Shown one piece after another: positions 57,450-64,000 of a stretch of 64,000 nucleotides of DNA. The DNA is from Macrostomum lignano (lineage: Eukaryota), in the NCBI GenBank assembly GCA_002269645.1, contig NIVC01000177.1, positions 256,134 to 320,133 on the forward strand, written 5' to 3'. The notes beneath the pieces are model-generated. The model was not told the origin of the DNA. It saw only the letters and a program-made list of their open reading frames with translations, and made no database searches. Numbering within the stretch: position 1 is the first letter of the stretch; the number at the start of each line of letters is the position of its first letter. Both the position numbers and the translations under genes were made by a program.

Positions 57450-59618
57450 ATGTTAACAAATCCTAATCTGGAGTCGTCTATGAATCTACTGAGCCTCTGC
57501 CAGATTTTATCAATACCGGCAGCTCTAGCTAGCGGGCCATATAACAGCAAATGCGACTGGAGCGAATGGCGCTGCCTAGACAGACCCGATGGTGTTGGCT
57601 GCGTTGCTTCTAAAAGCCGATTGTGCTGCAACGGTACAGCCGGTTGTCAAGTAGACAGCTATGTGCACAAGACATTGTACAGTCGGGCAGATCAACTAGC
57701 CAAGGGTATTGACTGTTTGCAGCGCAATAAGATTGGTCTGCCTGACAGTGACTCGTCTGGGTCCAACTCCGATCATGAGCGAGATGTCTCGTTCAGCTTG
57801 TCCTCGGCTGGCACAGCGCCGCAGGCGGCTGCTACAACTTGCTTAGCCAGGCCGAGATTTGACGGCTCCAAGTTCCCGCCGCCTAGATGGTGTCCATGGA
57901 CTCAATGGTCGTCGTGGACTGCCGAGTGTCGTCGGAAATCTGGATTAGAAAGCGGCTTGCCAGATGGCCTGATTGAATTGGTTCGACAGTTGGGAAATGA
58001 GACCGATGGTGAGTATGGTTTTGGGTTTGTGAGGGGCGGATGTCTAGGATCAGAGAGGCGGAGGTCCAGGATCAGATGGGCGGAGGTCCAGGATCAGATG
58101 GGCGGATGCCCGTAATTAGAGGTGCGGATGCCCAGGATCAGAGGGGCGGATGTCCAGTATCAGACGGCCGGATGCCCGGAATCAGAGGGGCAGATGCCTG
58201 GAATCAGAGGGGTTGATGCCCGGAATCAGAGGGGCGGATGCCCGGAATCAGAGGGGCGGATGCCCGGAATCAGAGGGGCGGATGCCCAGAATCAGAGGGG
58301 CAGATGCCCGGAATCAGAGGGGCGGATGCCCAGAATCAGAGGGGCGGATGCTTGAAGGTGGTGGACTAACAGGAGCTCAATCAACCCGGTCAGATGCAAA
58401 CCGCCGCCCGCAGCATTCAAATACTCCAGCCGAAGTCGAGGCTGCTATTGCCCAGCCAGTCCAGATCCAACTTACACCTGTGAAGGTAAGCGGCTAGATT
58501 GGAGATATAAATCATTACAGTCGGAGCCGAGTTCTAGTAGTAGCAGCAGCGGCGGGTCATCATTGGAGCCCACCGTCTGCCACTGGTGCAGCTGGGAGTC
58601 GTGGCTACCCGCTTGCACCTGTCCATTGCCGGCAGATTTTCCCAAGCCAAGGCGTAGGCGCAGCTGCTTGTGCTTTGCCGGCGATTATTTAATAGCTCAA
58701 CAACAACTAGCTGGAGACTCGTCCAATGGTAGCTACTCTGTCTGCGGTGAAGGCTCCAATGTCCAGGTGGCGCCGAGCGCTAAATCTGTCTGCCCGGTCT
58801 GCTCTCATCTGCACGCTAATTATCAGGTGTCTCAGTTTCTAAACCCTTTGGCTATCGGATTTGCGGTGTATTTGTTAGTTGCTTTGGCTGCCTTTCTGCT
58901 CTGCCGGCTGTTCTGCGGCAATCCTAGGCACAGGTGAGCAAGGGCTACGGATCGATGAGGGAAAGGGGAAAGGAGACGAGAGGATAGGGCGGAAGGAAGA
59001 AGTGGAGAGATGGAAGGGAGGAGCGGAATAGCGGAAAGAGGGATGAAGGCGGAAGGGATCGGGGGCGGAACAGAGGGAGTGGAAAGGCGGAAGGAGGGAG
59101 CGGAAAGGCGGAAGAAGGGAGCGGAAAGGCGGAAGGAGAGAGCGGAAAGACAGAGGGAGGGCGGAAAGGGGAAGGAAGTAGGGAGCGGAAAGGCAGAAGG
59201 AGGGAGCGGAAAGACAGAGGGAGGGCGGAAAGGAGAAGGAAGGAGGGAGCGGAAAGGCGGAAGGAGGGAGCGGAAAGACAGAGGGAGGGCGGAAAGGGGA
59301 AGGAAGTAGAGAGCGGAAAGACAGAGGGAGGGCGGAAAGGAGAAGGAAGGAGGGAGCGGAAAGACAGAGGGAGGGCGGAAAGACAGAGGGAGGGCGGAAA
59401 GGGGAAGGAGGGAGTAAAAGGGCAGAAGGGGGGGGCGGAAAAGCGGAAGTAGGGAGCAGAGAGCCGAAGAAGTGAGTATGATGAAGAGTCCAAAACAGAC
59501 CAAAGACTCACCCGCTACTCCCCTCCCCCCCAGCGACGCGAACAGCCGCGACCAGCTGTCTGTGGACGATTTCTTAGCTTCCCCGCCGCCTGCGGACGCT
59601 GTTACCTCTGCCGTCTAG
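57450..59618 (+). CDS. Type I membrane protein with three thrombospondin type-1-like repeats
   Basis: Exons 57450(or 57480)-58008 (G|GTGAGT), 58414-58933 (CCGCAG|, AG|GTGAGC), 59534-59618; phases 1 and 2 consistent. WSEW, WTQWSSW...SRSRGCYCP, WCSWESW...RRRRSCLC; TM LAIGFAVYLLVALAAFLLC; short tail. Confidence 0.7.
58040..58332. repeat. 22-bp intronic minisatellite (GGATGCCCGGAATCAGAGGGGC)
   Basis: About 13 units. Confidence 0.93.
58960..59465. repeat. Purine-rich intronic repeat (GGAGGGAGCGGAAAG variants)
   Basis: GCGGAAAG core repeated about 20 times. Confidence 0.88.
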
Positions 59619-60910
59619 AGAAGCAAATAAACAGCTGTTGTTAATACATCTATTATTTACAAAATAAGTATTTGGCAAGTGTAATATATAGTAAAACTAA
59701 TGCATAACAATTGATACCGTACTTCTCCATATAATTATAATGCGCTTTGTTATACTGCATACAGCTTGTTTTTTATCGATTTCAGTAGTTCTATACGCTT
59801 ATACTACTAATTAACCTTATAGACGAGCATCTCCTGCATTCGCTGATTAAAGTAGCATTATCAGAGTGCAATTGTTATTTTTTATTTTTTTAACTAAGTG
59901 TTGCTTGTTATTTTGCTTGAAACGAGTCCGTCTTTCCTATAGAATGCGTACACTTGTCCTATCTGCTTTATAATATCCCTCTAGTCCATATTGACAGTAT
60001 CGTTTGATTATGAGAAAAATGTAATAAACCAAATCTACGTAATTGTAAATGATAGCTGATTAACGTTTTGTTTCATATTTATAGATAAAATACGTTATTA
60101 TTCAAATGACGTCATTCGCTAGATGGTTAATCCGTCTGGATGCTTATATATTATGCCAGTGCTACATTTGCTTTTCTTTTGTTATGCTTTGTGCGCTTCA
60201 GTGGGAGGTTGGCCAATGACCACCGATAAAAGATTAGAATAGTATTATTTATAATAATAATACATGTCAGAGCCTGGCGGTGCACGTCCACTGCCTTTGC
60301 CAGAAAAAATTGATTTAACGTTTTAACGGACATGTGTGTCTTATTTATGATTGTTACTATTGTAAGTAGTCCAATAGGTTTTGTCTTTTAGGTAATTACA
60401 CGAATTGGATAGCTTTGATCTATAGATCTATAACATCTATAGGTGAATATAGATTGTTTTGCTGCGATTATAGTGGTGGTGAATCTGTAGATGTGATGTA
60501 GATCTCACAAGTTGCAGATCTATGGTGTATCTACAGATGGTAAATATCAATAGTTGAAGATCTGTGCTTTATCTATAGATGCGCTGTAGATATCAGTAGT
60601 TGCAGGACTGTGGTTTATCTATAGATTCTCTATAGATATAGATGCGGATGTATAGTTGTGCTGTGGCTATAGTTGGTTAATCTGTGGATGTGCTGTAGAT
60701 TCTACTAGATATCCATAGTTACGGGTCTCGGTCGTAGATATTGGTTTTTATGGATCTAAAGAATATAGTGGTGTATCCGTAGATGCGCTGTAGTTGTCGA
60801 TGGTTGTGAATCTGTCGATCTGCTACTTTGGTATGGAAACTACAGACGGTAGAAACTTTTCCATATTAAATTTGCTGCTTGAGTCTTTGTCAAAATTCTC
60901 AAACTCTCAG

Positions 60911-63098
60911 CTCCATCCACTGCTTCAGGCAGCAAAAGCAGCTTCGCAGGCGCAGTCCCAGAAGGCTGGCAAGGAAGCCGCCTCAGCAGATGCAACGCCT
61001 ATCGACCTGCAGACTCGCATGGTTGGCGGCAAGGCTGTGCCATTACTGGTAAATGTGTGCTCACTCTTGTATTCATCCTATGTTTGTGTGTTCTACCAGA
61101 TCCTCAGTTGTTGGGCCAGCCTCCCATAGTTTCAGTTGCTGGGCCAGCAGCCTCCCATAGTGTCAGTTTGCTGGGCCACCAGCCTCCCAGATCCTCAGTT
61201 GCTAGGCCAGCCTCTCAGATCTTCAGTTGCTGGGCCAGCCTCCCATATCCTCAGTTGCTGGGCCAGCCTCCCAGATTCTCAGTTGCTGTACCAGCCTCAC
61301 AAATCCTCAGTTGATAGGCCAGCCTCCTAGATCCTCAGTTGATAGGCCAGCCTCCTAGATCCTCAGTTGCTACGCCAGCCTCCTCAGTTGCTAAGCCAGC
61401 CTCCTCAGTTGCTGGGCCAGCCTCCTCAGTTGCTAAGCCAGCCTCCTCAGTTGCTAAGCCAGCCTCCTCAGTTGCTAAGCCAGCCTCCTCAGTTGCTTTC
61501 TAAACCAGCCTAACACCCTGTCCGCACCTCCCAGTCCGGCCAGTGGGTGTCGGAGATGCGCTGCATCGCCTACACGCCGCCGCCGCCTCCGATGTCCAGC
61601 CAGCCGGCGGAGGACGCATGGCAAGAGCGCTGCCAATATTTGATCGACGATCTGACTGAGCTGCTCCGGCTGCCCCACTGGCGATTCTGGTGCCAATTGT
61701 TGAATGACAGATCCGTGTCCGGCGTCATGCTGGACTCGTATCTCCGACTGGCTCCGCGCTGGTTCGATCCGGATCTCAGCTTGTTTAGTCAGATTGTGCG
61801 GGACACCCTGCAGCGATTGCATAGGCTGGTGTTCTTTGTCTGCTTGAGATTGGCCACGCATAGGGAGTGTGCGGTGAGTGCCAGAATATCTGATGATGTC
61901 CCACCTGGGATTTGTGATTATCCCATCTGGGATTTGTGATAATCCCACCTGGGATTTGTGATTATCCCATCTGGGATTTGTGATTATCCCACCTGCGATT
62001 TGTGATTATCCCACCTGCGATTTGTGATTATCCCACCTGGGATTTGTGATTATCCCATCTGGATTTGTGATAATCCCACCTGGGATTTGTGATTATCCCA
62101 CCTGGGATTTGTGATAATCCCACCTGGATTTGTGATAATACCACCTGGGATTTGTGATAATACCACCTTGGATTTGTGATAATCCTATCTGGTTTTTGTG
62201 ATAATCCCACCTGGAATTTGTGATTATCCCACCTGGAATTTGTGATAATCTCACCTGGGATTCGTGATAGTGCCATCTGGGATTTGTGATAATCCCACCT
62301 GAGTTTCGTGATAATCCCATCTGAGATTCGAAATATAATACCTGTGAGTCGAATTGCCTTACCTGAGATTCGAATTATCCTTCCTGAGATTCGAATTGTC
62401 CTACCTGAGATTCGAATTATCCTGCCTGAGATTCGAATTATCTTATCTAAGATTCGAATCATCCTACCTGAGACTCAAATTATCCTACCTGAGATTAGAA
62501 TTATCTAACCTGAGATTCGAAATATCCCACTCCGTAATCCCAACCAGACCAGCTGCATCAGCGAGTCTGCATTCCCGGAACTGCACAGCCGCATCAATCT
62601 GTTCAATCCGCCCCGTCTAATGGACATCTGCGCTCTGTACTGGCGCACCAACCAGACTCTCGTGTCGAAAATGATTGCCAACCTGTTAAAGAGGCTGCCA
62701 AATCTTGCTAGAGATTTAACTGCCTGTCTGTCCGGCCTCGGCAGCAAAGTACTCCAGGATTCCATATCCGACTTGCCAGCATCCGCCATCGCTGATGAGG
62801 CCTCATCCAAGCCATTCGATTTCGAATCAGTCGTGAGGCTGTCCGATCGAATTCTATTCTCTCGAGACGCTTTGGAAACTTTAGACTCGCTGTTTGGCAC
62901 GATAGGATCCTCTTCATCAGCATCCTCAGCTTCCTCAACTGATGTATTGTCGGGAGCTGAACTTGAGTCCGTGCTGCCTCGCCTATACGAAGCGTTGGTT
63001 CCGGCTGCTCAAGAGAAACTTCGACTCACCGCGGCTGCCAGGGCTGCCCCGTTGGAACAGCAGCGAGTGATGGACACGGCTAGGCGTGCCGCTCACAG
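60911..63098 (+). CDS. ASCC2: Activating signal cointegrator 1 complex subunit 2, N-terminal exons (gene continues beyond the window)
   Basis: Exons 60911-61048, 61535(or 61544)-61873, 62548-~63098; internal junctions phase 0. YTPPP...DLTELLRLPHWRFWCQLL...LDSYLRLAPRWFD...LHRLVFFVCLRLATHRE and SAFPELHSRINLFNPPRLMDICALY match ASCC2 LPHDKFWCQV / LDSYL / FDIPKILDLC as recalled. Start codon and last donor are uncertain. Confidence 0.8.
61095..61500. repeat. Intronic repeat CCTCAGTTGCTGGGCCAGCCT (21-32 bp variants)
   Basis: About 15 units. Confidence 0.9.
61900..62525. repeat. Two abutting intronic arrays: 22-bp GGGATTTGTGATTATCCCACCT then 21-bp CCTGAGATTCGAATTATCCTA
   Basis: Transition at ~62325. 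Confidence 0.93.
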
Positions 63099-63177
63099 GT
63101 TCGGCTTGGGTTTCGCTTTTATTTTTATTTGACTTCCGGTTTCACTTCCGGTCGTTTTGAATTCCTGTCTACCCTCG

Positions 63178-64000
63178 TCTATGTGCCTCAGCTGCCCCAT
63201 TTCCGGTCTTTTATGTGCCTCAGCTGTCCCATTTCCGGTCTTTTATGTGCCTCAGCTGTCCCATTTCCGGTCTTTTATGTGCCTCAGCTGTCCCATTTCC
63301 GGTCTTTTATGTGCCTCAGCTGCCCCATTTCCGGTCTTTTATGTGCCTCAGCTGCCCCATTTCCGGTCTTTTATGTGCCTCAGCTGTCCCATTTCCGGTC
63401 TTTTATGTGCCTCATTGTCCCATTTCCAGTCTATGTGCCTCATTGTCCCATTTCCGGTCTTTTATGTGCCTCAGCTGCCCCATTTCCGGTCTTTTATGTG
63501 CCTCAGCTGTCCCATTTCCGGTCTTTTATGTGCCTCAGCTGTCCCATTTCCGGTCTTTTATGTGCCTCAGCTGTCCCATTTCCGGTCTTTTATGTGCCTC
63601 AGCTGCCCCATTTCCGGTCTTTTATGTGCCTCAGCTGCCCCATTTCCGGTCTTTTATGTGCCTCAGCTGTCCCATTTCCGGTCTTTTATGTGCCTCATTG
63701 TCCCATTTCCAGTCTATGTGCCTCATTGTCCCATTTCCGGTCTTTTATGTGCCTCAGCTGCCCCATTTCCGGTCTTTTATGTGCCTCAGCTGCCCCATTT
63801 CCGGTCTTTTATGTGCCTCAATTGTCCCATTTCCGGTCTTTTATGTGCCTCAGATGTCCCATTTCCGGTCTTTTATGTGCCTCAGCTGTCCCATTTCCGG
63901 TCTTTTATGTGCCTCAGCTGTCCCATTTCCGGTCTTTTATGTGCCTCAGCTGTCCCATTTCCGGTCTTTTATGTGCCTCAATTGTCCCATTTCCGGTCTT
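63178..64000. repeat. 32-bp intronic minisatellite (ATGTGCCTCAGCTGTCCCATTTCCGGTCTTTT), runs off the right edge
   Basis: About 26 units. Confidence 0.97.

Noticed and set aside
58339-58520. Alternative model for the TSP1 gene with an exon in the GGGLTG frame and a 35-bp intron
   Set aside because: The other frame reads through without an intron, supplies the SRSRGCYCP motif and has a better acceptor at 58413

Overview
Eukaryotic (animal) genomic DNA. GC-rich exons sit between introns filled with 20-34 bp minisatellites, and there is a TTAGGG tract; this style suggests a free-living flatworm such as Macrostomum (inference only). Spliced gene models were built by hand with phase-checked GT-AG junctions. 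They are: a coiled-coil/polyQ gene (1438-6977, +), a 7-exon MELK kinase (10378-16860, -), a fibrinogen-domain gene with one frameshift (25230-26286, +), a CK1-family pseudokinase (26814-30260, +), a TSP1-repeat membrane protein (57450-59618, +) and the 5' part of ASCC2 (60911-63098, +). An orphan ORF (8183-8779, +) and an aminergic GPCR (36330-37637, -) are intronless. A frameshifted DEG/ENaC pseudogene is split by an LTR-like insert. Mobile DNA includes a 5'-truncated RNase H LINE with a 12-bp TSD, a Buster/SPIN-type hAT element (8-bp TSD) carrying nested mariner- and hAT-type MITEs, a foldback element and a SINE-like remnant. The most interesting signals are a minimal Penelope/retrozyme-type hammerhead ribozyme at 33762-33799, sharply bounded CpG-depleted domains at gene 5' ends with CpG-decay scars in a resident transposon, and intronic minisatellites that carry repeated splice-site-like motifs.
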